Source: a virus
Lineage: Duplodnaviria > Caudoviricetes
Reading direction: 5' to 3' (one strand)
Length of the DNA stretch: 64,000 bases
IMG/VR virus record: IMGVR_UViG_3300046170_000411
Location: 989 to 64,988 of that record
Positions 43,936-52,438 of the stretch are shown in pieces (position 1 is the stretch's first letter; every line of letters begins with the position of its first letter). The notes under the pieces were generated by a model. That model was given only the letters and a program-made list of their open reading frames with translations. It searched no databases and had not been told where the DNA came from. The position numbers and the translations under genes are program-made.

Positions 43936-45517
43936 TTTCTCTTACGTTTGAAATTACACAATCAGTTGAAAGAATAGTAGTAGCTACAGATATAGCGTTT
44001 TGAAGCGCTGACTTAGTAACAAGAAGAGGATCAATAATACCTGCCTCGCACATATTTTTGATTTTGCCATCTATAACGTCTACGCCGTGGCATCCTTTTC
44101 CTAAATCAGTATACTCTGCAGAGTTTAATCCCGCGTTACTCAGTATAAGTAAAAAAGGTGCGTATAAAGATTGTTTCAATATACTTACACCTTTGAGCTC
44201 ACCGGGGTTGAGTTTCATTTGCCAGTCAGAGTTTGCTACGTGAACAAGTGCAGAACCACCACCCGGAAGTATACCTTCCTTCTTTGCAGCTCTAACGGCG
44301 TGTATAGCATCGTCAACTCTATCTTTCTTTTCTGAAACTTCAACATCTGTATCTCCGCCTACATATACTATAGAAACTCCGCCTGACAATATGGCCAATC
44401 GGTTTTCTAAATGAGGTCGCATTACATGGTGCTCTTCTTCATCTAGCTGCGCTTTTAAATAATCAACGCGTTCTGTAACTTCTTGTGATACCTCTTTTAT
44501 AGCAAGAGTAGTACCATCATTATCTATGATAGCCTTATCGGCCTGTCCTAACACTTCTGGGGTGATGTTATCTAATGAGTCACCTAAGTTCTCATCAATA
44601 ACAGTAGCACCCGTTAGAAGGGCAATATCATCTAGTATGTCCTTACGCTTCAGCCCAAACGACGGAGGATCTATGATATTACACTTAATATTGCCCTTTA
44701 CGTGATTCATTGCTAAAGCTGACACTACCTGCTGTTCGCAAGGGGCAATAAGCAATAACGATCTGTTGGACTTGATCGCATGCTCTAGTATTGTTTGTAT
44801 TCTTCTTATATTAGTTACTTCAGACGCACATAAGAATACTAATGGCTTGTCTAGTTCACTTACTTCTTTTTCTCTATTAGTATAGAAGTGTATACTTTTC
44901 GATGTAGCATTAATATGAGTTCCATCTACTACATCTATGTATGTTTCATTTGACGGGGAGGTTTCCATTGTAACCACTCCGTTATCTCCCGCAGATTTAA
45001 ATGCTTCTGCTATGAAGTCACCAAGCTCAGTGTCATTATTGGCTGATATTCTAGAAACTTGGTTTAATCTTTTATCATCAACGGGAACACTTCTTTTTTC
45101 TAATTCTTTTATGATATGCTTTGCAAAAGCTGAAATACCATTTTTAATATCTCTAAAAGAATATTCTTCTCCCTTTTGATTAAAGTAGTTATGAATTATA
45201 GCTTGCGCTAATACTGTTGAGGTTGTTGTGCCATCACCTGCCTTAGATGCAGTTTGGCGAGAAGCTTGCTTAAGCATAGTAACACCCAGGTTTTCTACTG
45301 GGTCTTCTAAATTAATGTAGTTTGCTACAGTAACCCCGTCTTTAGTTACGTGTGGGTTACCAAAGTCATCTTCAAGAACTACCGTTCTTCCCGATGCACC
45401 GAGTGTACTACCTACTGCTTTTGCTAGTTTATTAATGCCGTCTATTAGTTTTTGCTTAGCATCTGTACCGAAGCTAAGTTCTTTAACTATTTTAGGCGAT
45501 CCGAATTGTATTGCCAT
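43919..45517 (-). CDS. groEL: Chaperonin GroEL (no GGM tail)
   Basis: TLGASGR.V, TKDGVTVA, AGDGTTTSTVLA, EKKDRVDDA, GILPGGG, GIIDP..VTKSALQNA. Confidence 0.96.
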   Translation of the reverse strand: MAIQFGSPKIVKELSFGTDAKQKLIDGINKLAKAVGSTLGASGRTVVLEDDFGNPHVTKDGVTVANYINLEDPVENLGVTMLKQASRQTASKAGDGTTTSTVLAQAIIHNYFNQKGEEYSFRDIKNGISAFAKHIIKELEKRSVPVDDKRLNQVSRISANNDTELGDFIAEAFKSAGDNGVVTMETSPSNETYIDVVDGTHINATSKSIHFYTNREKEVSELDKPLVFLCASEVTNIRRIQTILEHAIKSNRSLLLIAPCEQQVVSALAMNHVKGNIKCNIIDPPSFGLKRKDILDDIALLTGATVIDENLGDSLDNITPEVLGQADKAIIDNDGTTLAIKEVSQEVTERVDYLKAQLDEEEHHVMRPHLENRLAILSGGVSIVYVGGDTDVEVSEKKDRVDDAIHAVRAAKKEGILPGGGSALVHVANSDWQMKLNPGELKGVSILKQSLYAPFLLILSNAGLNSAEYTDLGKGCHGVDVIDGKIKNMCEAGIIDPLLVTKSALQNAISVATTILSTDCVISNVRENEGNR

Positions 45518-45546
45518 TTAATTTGATTTGATTGATATAAGTTATA

Positions 45547-45891
45547 TTAGCAGTTCCATTTACGGCGTGCTGCTTTACCACGCTCTGACTTCCAGCTTCT
45601 CGATCTGGCACAAAATGATTTTCTACGCTTCCAGGCTTTACTTCCTCTTTTAAGTTTTGATGGTGAAGTTGTCACGGCTGTTTTAAGCTTTGACCCTGGA
45701 TTGTCTTTTCTATATTTAGCTACCCCTTTAGAGGTCATTCCGCCACCTGCTTTAGAACCAGTACCGCTTCCGGACTTTACTTTAGCATAGTAGCCTTTAG
45801 ACTTTTTACGAGAAGGGGCATTTGACTTTCTTCTTGCTAAAGGTGTTGCGCCGCAACTGCAGCTAGCAAACTTATTAGTAAATGGTTTCAT
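45547..45891 (-). CDS. Small basic protein
   Basis: GGGMT.KGV..YR..NPGSKLKTAVT and RRKSFCAR...W.C; Lys/Arg-rich. Confidence 0.7.
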   Translation of the reverse strand: MKPFTNKFASCSCGATPLARRKSNAPSRKKSKGYYAKVKSGSGTGSKAGGGMTSKGVAKYRKDNPGSKLKTAVTTSPSKLKRGSKAWKRRKSFCARSRSWKSERGKAARRKWNC

Positions 45892-46127
45892 TTTGTGTTG
45901 TATTTTTTAGTACCTTTGCCATAACCACCTCTGTTTGTTTTAACTGGTACAAACTTCTTTTTATTGTGGTCGTAGTCTTTACCTTGTATATTTATTCCCC
46001 TTTTAAGTGCACTGCGTCTTTTTCTTTGATTCTCCGCCTTCATAGCTCGACGCCGGGGAGTTTTAGCATACGCAAGGTCACGGGCCGCTTTTCTTTTACG
46101 GGCCGCAGGAGATAGTTTTTGTGGCAT
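45888..46127 (-). CDS. Small basic protein (possible degenerate HNH-like D.DH..NRG)
   Basis: 79 aa, very Lys/Arg-rich, coupled to neighbours. Confidence 0.6.
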   Translation of the reverse strand: MPQKLSPAARKRKAARDLAYAKTPRRRAMKAENQRKRRSALKRGINIQGKDYDHNKKKFVPVKTNRGGYGKGTKKYNTK

Positions 46128-46210
46128 TATCTTACGTCTACGTAAGGTTTTGGTGCCGGCTTAGGCTTTTGTACTTTTTCTTTTTTTACTACTTTTTTTT
46201 CTTCTGACAT
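46127..46210 (-). CDS. 27-aa basic microprotein (not in ORF track)
   Basis: MSEEKKVVKKEKVQKPKPAPKPYVDVR*; TAATG overlap with the next gene. Confidence 0.5.
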   Translation of the reverse strand: MSEEKKVVKKEKVQKPKPAPKPYVDVR

Positions 46211-46214
46211 AATA

Positions 46215-46415
46215 TTATTTTTTATATGGTTTTGATGTTCCTCCACAAAATCTTGGAAGTGGACCTGACATTTCTGTTGGTACAGAACCATCAGCATATC
46301 TCATAAAGCCCATTTTATTTCTTACACCCTCAGGAAGCTTTGAAAGACCTTCATTACCTTCAGGTACGGGCTTTAAATTTTTCCTAAGAGGTGCTGCGTT
46401 ATTTTTTGTATACAT
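46215..46415 (-). CDS. Small basic protein
   Basis: LKPVP.GN.GL.KLP..VRNKMGFM motif. Confidence 0.65.
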   Translation of the reverse strand: MYTKNNAAPLRKNLKPVPEGNEGLSKLPEGVRNKMGFMRYADGSVPTEMSGPLPRFCGGTSKPYKK

Positions 46416-46534
46416 TATTTCATATATTTTTTAATAGGGGACTTTTTCTTAAGCCCTAATAGTTTCGATGATTCAGTTCTGCCTTTTAGCTTAGCGTAAA
46501 CACCAGGCATTACAGTTGTTCCTTTTTTACCCAT
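46415..46534 (-). CDS. 39-aa basic microprotein (not in ORF track)
   Basis: MGKKGTTVMPGVYAKLPattern not used; translation is MGKKGTTVMPGVYAKLKGRTESSKLLGLKKKSPIKKYMK* with a TAATG overlap. Confidence 0.5.
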   Translation of the reverse strand: MGKKGTTVMPGVYAKLKGRTESSKLLGLKKKSPIKKYMK

Positions 46535-46536
46535 AA

Positions 46537-46809
46537 TTATTTCTTTTTACGTTTTGTTTTCTTTCTTCTTATCTGTGATGTACGTTTGCCCATACCCACA
46601 CGTTTCTTTTCAGCAACAGCCTTACGTTTTTCAGAGCTACTCATTTCACCCCAAGTTTTAACTGTCTTACCTGATATACGTTTAGAAGGTCTGCACTTCT
46701 TTACACCTTTGCGTTTAGCAGAACCACAAGGATTGCCTTTCTCGTCAGTCCACTTTTCTTTAAACCAGCGTTTAAGATTTGCTCCTTTTTTAGTTTTGCG
46801 TACTGCCAT
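46537..46809 (-). CDS. Small basic protein
   Basis: LKRWFKEKW.D..G.PCG...CRPSKRIS..T.KT motif. Confidence 0.7.
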   Translation of the reverse strand: MAVRKTKKGANLKRWFKEKWTDEKGNPCGSAKRKGVKKCRPSKRISGKTVKTWGEMSSSEKRKAVAEKKRVGMGKRTSQIRRKKTKRKKK

Positions 46810-46822
46810 TTATTATTATAAT

Positions 46823-47365
46823 TTATTCAGCTTTAAAAAATTGCACGTCATACTTTAATACGTCTACGTAATCACTCAAGCTGTTTACCTCATTCTCAAG
46901 CTTATCTGCCTCTTCTATAATTTCAGATCTATAGGTTGCCGTTACTGAATCAACATCAATATCTCTTTCAATTTTTCTAATTATTTTCCAGTCAGTAGGT
47001 GAAAGTAATTGATTTGCTTTACTTTTTATTTCAACGATTTTAGCTGATTTAATATCTTCTAGCTTGTAAAACTTTTCTTTTTCTCCGGTAGGATTATCAT
47101 CGTCGTCTTTAGCATCAACTTCTTTATTAAAATCTATACTAGAAACACTGTAAGTAACAACTTTGTTTTCGCTGTCAAAATATATATCGCCTTTCACTTG
47201 TGTTTCAGTATCAAAATCCGGCTCAACTATATTATAAAAGCCTAGCTGCTCTAAAGCTTCTTCGCTAGAGCTTTTAAAATTAATTATTTGCCCACTCGAA
47301 ATATCCCAAGTCTTAGGCAATCTATTGTAAACTTTTATTTTACCGTTTTTAACTAATGCTTTCAT
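46823..47365 (-). CDS. Tail fibre assembly chaperone-like protein
   Basis: K..EIK..AN.LLS.TDW...R...R....I pattern; follows a Gly-rich fibre gene. Confidence 0.55.
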   Translation of the reverse strand: MKALVKNGKIKVYNRLPKTWDISSGQIINFKSSSEEALEQLGFYNIVEPDFDTETQVKGDIYFDSENKVVTYSVSSIDFNKEVDAKDDDDNPTGEKEKFYKLEDIKSAKIVEIKSKANQLLSPTDWKIIRKIERDIDVDSVTATYRSEIIEEADKLENEVNSLSDYVDVLKYDVQFFKAE

Positions 47366-47374
47366 TTGTTGTTT

Positions 47375-48127
47375 TTAATCAAATTGTATTGTATGGGATC
47401 CTGAGAACCACTGAAGCACAGTATCCCCGCCCACAGTAGAAGCAGTAGCTCCTGTTGCCGTATATGTTCTATCCGAAGGAAATCTTAATATCACTACTCC
47501 TGCTCTACCATTCCCAGTCATATACCGATATTGATTACATGAGCTTTCATATGTAGCTCCACCTCTACCGCCTTGCCCATACGTAGATCCACTAGGCGCA
47601 TATGTTACATCCGCGTAGTTCATACTATTATAAAACGTTGGCTGTGTCTTGCCATACACATATGAAGATCCTGTTATAGAATTATTAATATTAGCGCCAC
47701 CACCTGCTCTGTGGTAAACGTTAGTGCGGTTTCCACCGTATCCTCCTAAAAAACCACCATTCGTAGGATCAGGTAAAGCATGAGGGGCAGTAGTACTACT
47801 AGAGCTAGTTGTTGATCCGCCTTTGCCACCACCACCCGCTCTTATGTCTACATTTAGGCCAATCAAGCTAGAGGTCCCTCCGTTGCCACCGCCTACAACA
47901 ATATTATATATTTCTCCTGCTTCAAAAAGGGGAGCTGAATGGGTTGCCCCTGATCCATAAGAAAATTTTACCGCACCACTTCCTCCGTTTCCAGCGGCTG
48001 ATCTATATCCTCTGTAACAAGACAAACTTCCTCTGCTACCTCCTTGGCCTCCCCCGCCTGTTATAAGAAAATTGCTTTCTACAGGAGCTGAGGCTCCTCC
48101 TCCTAGTGGTAGTCCCTGCCCAAACAT
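47375..48127 (-). CDS. Glycine-rich tail-tip/fibre protein
   Basis: GGGG.GG, Y.IVVG.G, A.GGG.GG, SITGSS..Y, G..GVVILRF motifs. Confidence 0.7.
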   Translation of the reverse strand: MFGQGLPLGGGASAPVESNFLITGGGGQGGSRGSLSCYRGYRSAAGNGGSGAVKFSYGSGATHSAPLFEAGEIYNIVVGGGNGGTSSLIGLNVDIRAGGGGKGGSTTSSSSTTAPHALPDPTNGGFLGGYGGNRTNVYHRAGGGANINNSITGSSYVYGKTQPTFYNSMNYADVTYAPSGSTYGQGGRGGATYESSCNQYRYMTGNGRAGVVILRFPSDRTYTATGATASTVGGDTVLQWFSGSHTIQFD

Positions 48128-48128
48128 A

Positions 48129-48575
48129 CTATGTAGCTATTTGTGATATTGAATACCAAAATTCCGTAGAGGATACACATAATATATTTATTAAATTTTT
48201 AATACCAGCTGTATCATCATACTCACCGGATATTAAATTAAATGTACCGGCAGCTCCACCTACATTAAGTGTAATGGTATATGAATTGCCCGAACCTGTT
48301 ATAATTAATGCTTTCTGCAATCCTACGGTCGAGTTTACTATATTAAGTGTTGTAGACTGGCTGGGTGTTAGTGTAAAAACTTGAGCAGCATCCCAATCTA
48401 CATTTTCTGTAGCAGATGAACCTAAAGCAGATGCAGTCTTAAACTGATCGTGCACCTTACCTACCGTTACCGAAGCATTACCTAGCTTGCCTGTTGTTAC
48501 TGAGGCGTTGTCTAGCTTACCCGTTGTTATAGAGGCGTCTGTTATTACATCTGCTGTTATTTTAGTTCCTGCCAT
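48129..48575 (-). CDS. Tail fibre adaptor-like protein with 10-aa repeats (paralog of 32499-32849)
   Basis: (D/N)AS(I/V)T.GK(L/V) three times; VDWDAAQVF.LTP; GEYDDTAG.KNLI; YSISQIAT. Confidence 0.55.
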   Translation of the reverse strand: MAGTKITADVITDASITTGKLDNASVTTGKLGNASVTVGKVHDQFKTASALGSSATENVDWDAAQVFTLTPSQSTTLNIVNSTVGLQKALIITGSGNSYTITLNVGGAAGTFNLISGEYDDTAGIKNLINILCVSSTEFWYSISQIAT

Positions 48576-48576
48576 T

Positions 48577-48990
48577 TTATTCTTCTAGTATTTTTTTAGC
48601 TTTAGCGCGGTCATCATAATCAAGTGCTGCTTTAAGGATAATCTTATCCATAACGTCGTCTTGGTTGTCTAACATCTGCTTTTGCAGATTTATAACCATT
48701 TGCTCTAGATCATCTTTACCTTTGGTAAGAGAGTCTATTTGAAGCTGTTTCTTTTCAATGTCTGATTTAAGTGCGTTAACGTCATCTGGCTTAGCGCCTG
48801 TGATTGTGCTAACGACAAGCCCTATAGATGCGGCAAGTGTACCTATGAGCATCATAACGACTTCTTTGTTTGTTTCTAGTACTGGGTATCGCATTAATAT
48901 AAATACGATGGATATAATTAAAAGGAATATAAATAAACTGCCAACATAGTGGCGAATCTCACGGGCTACTCCATTTTTAGGTAATGCCAT
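48577..48990 (-). CDS. Two-TM membrane protein with C-terminal coiled coil
   Basis: Two hydrophobic segments followed by a heptad-rich tail. Confidence 0.6.
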   Translation of the reverse strand: MALPKNGVAREIRHYVGSLFIFLLIISIVFILMRYPVLETNKEVVMMLIGTLAASIGLVVSTITGAKPDDVNALKSDIEKKQLQIDSLTKGKDDLEQMVINLQKQMLDNQDDVMDKIILKAALDYDDRAKAKKILEE

Positions 48991-49130
48991 TAGCCCCCTC
49001 TCTTTCTACATTTAGCGATTGCCCCTGAGGCATAAGCCGAAGGGAATACCTTGTACTGTCTCTTTACTTTATAATAGCATTTGTCTTTCCTTGTCAGAGG
49101 AGACAAACCGTTTACTGTATGTCTTGCCAT
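48990..49130 (-). CDS. 46-aa basic protein (not in ORF track)
   Basis: MARHTVNGLSPLTRKDKCYYKVKRQYKVFPSAYASGAIAKCRKRGG*; coupled on both sides. Confidence 0.65.
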   Translation of the reverse strand: MARHTVNGLSPLTRKDKCYYKVKRQYKVFPSAYASGAIAKCRKRGG

Positions 49131-49131
49131 A

Positions 49132-49443
49132 TCAAATTATTTTACTAAGTGCCTGTTTATATTCCGATGCATCTTTTACACCGACTAGCCTATCTACAAC
49201 CTGCCCATCTTTAAATATAAGGACAGTAGGAATGTTACGCACCCCAAAGCGACTACCGGTCATATACTTCTCTGCATCCATCTTACCAACTATAGCGTCC
49301 CCAGATACATCCTTTGCTACATCATCTATAATAGGTGCTAGAACCTTACAAGGAGAGCACCAGCCTGCCCAGAAATCAACCATAACAGGTTTGTTCGATG
49401 TTAATACTTCATCAAAGGTATCATCGGTAATGTCTATAGTCAT
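49132..49443 (-). CDS. trxA: Thioredoxin (WCSPC)
   Basis: VDFWAGWCSPCK, FGVRNIPT, FKDG...GV. Confidence 0.92.
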   Translation of the reverse strand: MTIDITDDTFDEVLTSNKPVMVDFWAGWCSPCKVLAPIIDDVAKDVSGDAIVGKMDAEKYMTGSRFGVRNIPTVLIFKDGQVVDRLVGVKDASEYKQALSKII

Positions 49444-49554
49444 ATGTTTGTTTTAAATGTTATTAGATAAGAAGAAGAAGTGGGTTGCATTACATATTTA
49501 GCAATAAAACCTTAATTTTAAAGCCATATTCACAACCTATGCCACTATGTATTG

Positions 49555-49799
49555 CATTATTTATAGTGTTTTGTATATATCTATGCATTATTATCAGTAT
49601 ATACTTGCTTAATTTTCAATACATTACATAGATCATTGCATTATTGTTAGTAATATTAACTAAATACTACATATAATGTAAACATTATTAATTATATTTA
49701 TTATATTAGTGAATTTTATTAGGTATATTCACATATTATACAATTGTTTTATACACGTTTACATTATTATTACTAATTAATATGTTTTATCACATTATT
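49555..49799. repeat. Six copies of CATTATT in an ORF-free AT-rich region
   Basis: CATTATT at 49555, 49586, 49639, 49683, 49762 and 49793. Confidence 0.7.
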
Positions 49800-49849
49800 G
49801 TTAATATTTATTTAATTTCTTTGTATAGTTATTGTATTTAGTTACTTTA

Positions 49850-49885
49850 TATAATATATATTACATAAATTTACAAAAAGGTATA
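49850..49885 (-). promoter_or_regulatory. Class-2 phage promoter candidate (leftward, toward the late operon)
   Basis: TATAC-N11-TTTATGTAATATATATTATA on the minus strand; both boxes identical to those at 56825-56860. Confidence 0.6.
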
Positions 49886-49909
49886 TTTTTATTATTTTAT
49901 TATATAATA

Positions 49910-49943
49910 TACGTTACAAATCTTATAACAATGTGATAATATA
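49910..49943 (+). promoter_or_regulatory. Class-1 (early) promoter candidate, copy 1
   Basis: TACGTTACAAA-N12-GTGATAATATA. Confidence 0.75.
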
Positions 49944-49964
49944 AGTGTAATTAAAATATAAACT

Positions 49965-50184
49965 ATGTCAAATTTAAAACACTTAAAAACTAATCATTAT
50001 AAAAGTAAACTTTTAAAAGTATAAAAAACTAAAATTTAATAATACAACTTATTTAGGTTTTAATATAAATGATTTGTTTCAACTAAAAGAATTTATTAAA
50101 AATAGTAATATAGTAGAATTTACTAACAAAGGTTTAAGTTATATAAATAAAAATAATTTAAAAAGTACGTTACAAAACATATAA
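49965..50184 (+). CDS. First early small protein (probable +1 insertion near 50017)
   Basis: MSNLKHLKTNHYKSKLL joins KYKKLKFNNTTYLGFN...STLQNI* after removing one A. Confidence 0.4.
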
Positions 50185-50199
50185 TAAAGTGATAATATA
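50166..50199 (+). promoter_or_regulatory. Class-1 (early) promoter candidate, copy 2
   Basis: TACGTTACAAA-N12-GTGATAATATA. Confidence 0.75.
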
Positions 50200-50522
50200 A
50201 ATGTAAATAAAATGTGTGTGTTATAAAAATTATTCTCTACACTATAAATAAAGTTGAATAAATGAAATTAATTTAAAAATAAATAATATGAAAAATAATA
50301 AAATCCACTTTGTAACTTTTGATAATAAATTAAATAAATTAAATTCTAAAGAATTATTAAACTTTTACAATAACATAAATAAAAATCTAACAAAATGAAA
50401 TTAAATAAAATAATACAAAGTTATAAAAATACAAATATGAATAAAGAATTGTTAAGTTATAAATTAAAAAATTATTATAACTTAAATGAAAATGAAAGAA
50501 TAATTATTAAACATAGTATATA

Positions 50523-50735
50523 ATGAAAAGATTTTGTTGGAATGTAGAAACTATAGATTTTTTTCAACTATTAAAAAATAGTGAAGGAAATGAAAAAATG
50601 AAAGAAAGTGTAGAAATGTTTGTTTATAATGAATGTGATTTAGAAGATAATGAAAGTTATGAAGATTTAATTAAAGATTTATTATATCAAATTGAAAATA
50701 CAACTTTAGAAGAAATAGAAAATTTAAAAAAATAA
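50523..50735 (+). CDS. Small acidic early protein
   Basis: 70-aa ORF with A-rich start context. Confidence 0.6.
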   Translation: MKRFCWNVETIDFFQLLKNSEGNEKMKESVEMFVYNECDLEDNESYEDLIKDLLYQIENTTLEEIENLKK

Positions 50736-51046
50736 AAATTATGTTAAATAAAAAAGAAATTAAAAAAGATATTAAACAACTATTAATGTTCCATGACATT
50801 GATGAATTTAGTAATGAAGATTATAAATATCTAGTAAATAATATTGTTGAATATATTACAGATGATGTAATAAAAAAATAAAAATATGAAAGTAGAATTA
50901 ACACAAAAAGAAATTGATAGATTATATTTTGATCTTAAAAATTATGTAAAGACATTATATAATGTTGATAAATTAAATGAATTATCCGAAAGTGATAAAG
51001 AAGAATGTAAAATTGAATTAAACTTAATAGAAAAATTTAGTAAACT

Positions 51047-51250
51047 ATGAATAAATATTTAATAATTTTAGGTTTAGAAGCATTGTTAGAACAATTAGTT
51101 GATTCAAGAGAAAATTCTAATGATTATAAAGAAAGAATAAAAGAAATTGAAGAACAAATTAATATAATGAAAAAATATAAATTTGATTATAATTTCCCAA
51201 ACCCAATTGACGGATCAAATGATTCAATTTTAATATATAAAAATAAATAA
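51047..51250 (+). CDS. Small early protein
   Basis: 67-aa ORF in the early cluster. Confidence 0.55.
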   Translation: MNKYLIILGLEALLEQLVDSRENSNDYKERIKEIEEQINIMKKYKFDYNFPNPIDGSNDSILIYKNK

Positions 51251-51395
51251 TATGATGATAATAAATAAAATAACAGGTAGAGATATCACAAGTGAGTATT
51301 TAGGTTTAATGGAAAAGTTAATAACAAATGAAGAGTTTGAAACAATTACATTAACTCCGGGAAAAACTGGAAGTTGTGAATTATTTAATTAAAAA

Positions 51396-51429
51396 TACGT
51401 TACAAAACAAATTAATAAGTGATAATATA
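51396..51429 (+). promoter_or_regulatory. Class-1 (early) promoter candidate, copy 3
   Basis: TACGTTACAAA-N12-GTGATAATATA, 15 nt before an ATG. Confidence 0.75.
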
Positions 51430-51444
51430 TATAAATAAAATAAA

Positions 51445-51636
51445 ATGATACAATTAACAAAACAAATGATTGACGATAAATTAAAACAAATTGCTATACA
51501 CGAAAAGCGATTTGGCGAATGCACAACAACCAGAGCAATGAAAAAATATTGCACAAATGAAATGTACAGACAAAATGTAAATGCTTTTAACAAAGCAAGT
51601 GGTGAAACAATTAAAAATTATGTAAGATATGTATAG
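51445..51636 (+). CDS. Small early protein
   Basis: 63-aa ORF directly after promoter copy 3. Confidence 0.6.
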   Translation: MIQLTKQMIDDKLKQIAIHEKRFGECTTTRAMKKYCTNEMYRQNVNAFNKASGETIKNYVRYV

Positions 51637-51943
51637 AGATGATTTAGTATATGATTTCAATGAAGAAATGTGGAACTTATACCATAATGGTACAATTGAT
51701 AATATTGATGATTTTTGGAATGAAAAAAATACATGGATCGATAATCAAGTAATATATACATATGAATGTAAACAAATATGCGATAAATTAGATTATGATA
51801 TATTTGAAGAACATGATATTTATGGTAAAGCAAATAACTGGTCTCAAGCTGCGTATGCTGCAATATATGATTTACTTAACGACCACAATGATGCATTAAC
51901 TTATGATGAAATGAAATTACAAGAAGAAGAAGCAAATGCATAA
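51629..51943 (+). CDS. Ocr-like acidic DNA-mimic candidate
   Basis: About 25 D/E versus 6 K/R in 104 aa; IDNIDDF...IDNQVIYTY...AAIYDLL aligns by eye with T7 gp0.3. Confidence 0.5.
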   Translation: MYRDDLVYDFNEEMWNLYHNGTIDNIDDFWNEKNTWIDNQVIYTYECKQICDKLDYDIFEEHDIYGKANNWSQAAYAAIYDLLNDHNDALTYDEMKLQEEEANA

Positions 51944-52042
51944 AGTTTGGAGATTATATTTAATAGATAATAAAAGTATAACTGAAATAAGTAAACAATT
52001 AAATATTACAAAAAATAAATTAAAAACACAATACGGATTAAA

Positions 52043-52240
52043 ATGAATTTAGCAAGAATCAAAGAATTAAGAAATGTAACGCACGATGCACAAACTAAAA
52101 TGGATCTTATTAGCAAAAGAGTTATGCAAGGCGGTTTATCACTAGACCAACAAATATTGCATCTTGATAATTTTGCCGCAAATCAATCCAGACATATGCT
52201 TGGAAATGAAGAATTATATAAATTATTAAAAAATGAATAA
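52043..52240 (+). CDS. Small early protein
   Basis: 65-aa ORF. Confidence 0.55.
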   Translation: MNLARIKELRNVTHDAQTKMDLISKRVMQGGLSLDQQILHLDNFAANQSRHMLGNEELYKLLKNE

Positions 52241-52349
52241 TAAAATGAATAACTTAGCTGAAGAATTATATGGTGAATTTGGTTATGATACTTGTAGCTA
52301 TTGGGAAAAACAAGAAATACTAAAAGAAATTGAAAATAATTATGAAAAA

Positions 52350-52383
52350 TACGTTACAAACTAATACACAAAGTGATAATATA
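52350..52383 (+). promoter_or_regulatory. Class-1 (early) promoter candidate, copy 4
   Basis: TACGTTACAAA-N12-GTGATAATATA. Confidence 0.75.
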
Positions 52384-52438
52384 AGTGAAGAAATTAATAA
52401 AATGTTTCTTGAACTACAAATAAATAAAACAGATTATA

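Noticed and set aside
49019-49456. 145-aa plus-strand ORF and the many other antisense ORFs in the track
   Set aside because: They are shadows of well-supported opposite-strand genes, with no motifs or start context
49910-52383. Repeated motif as a CRISPR array
   Set aside because: Copies are hundreds of bases apart, bipartite with variable cores and separated by ORFs; no cas genes
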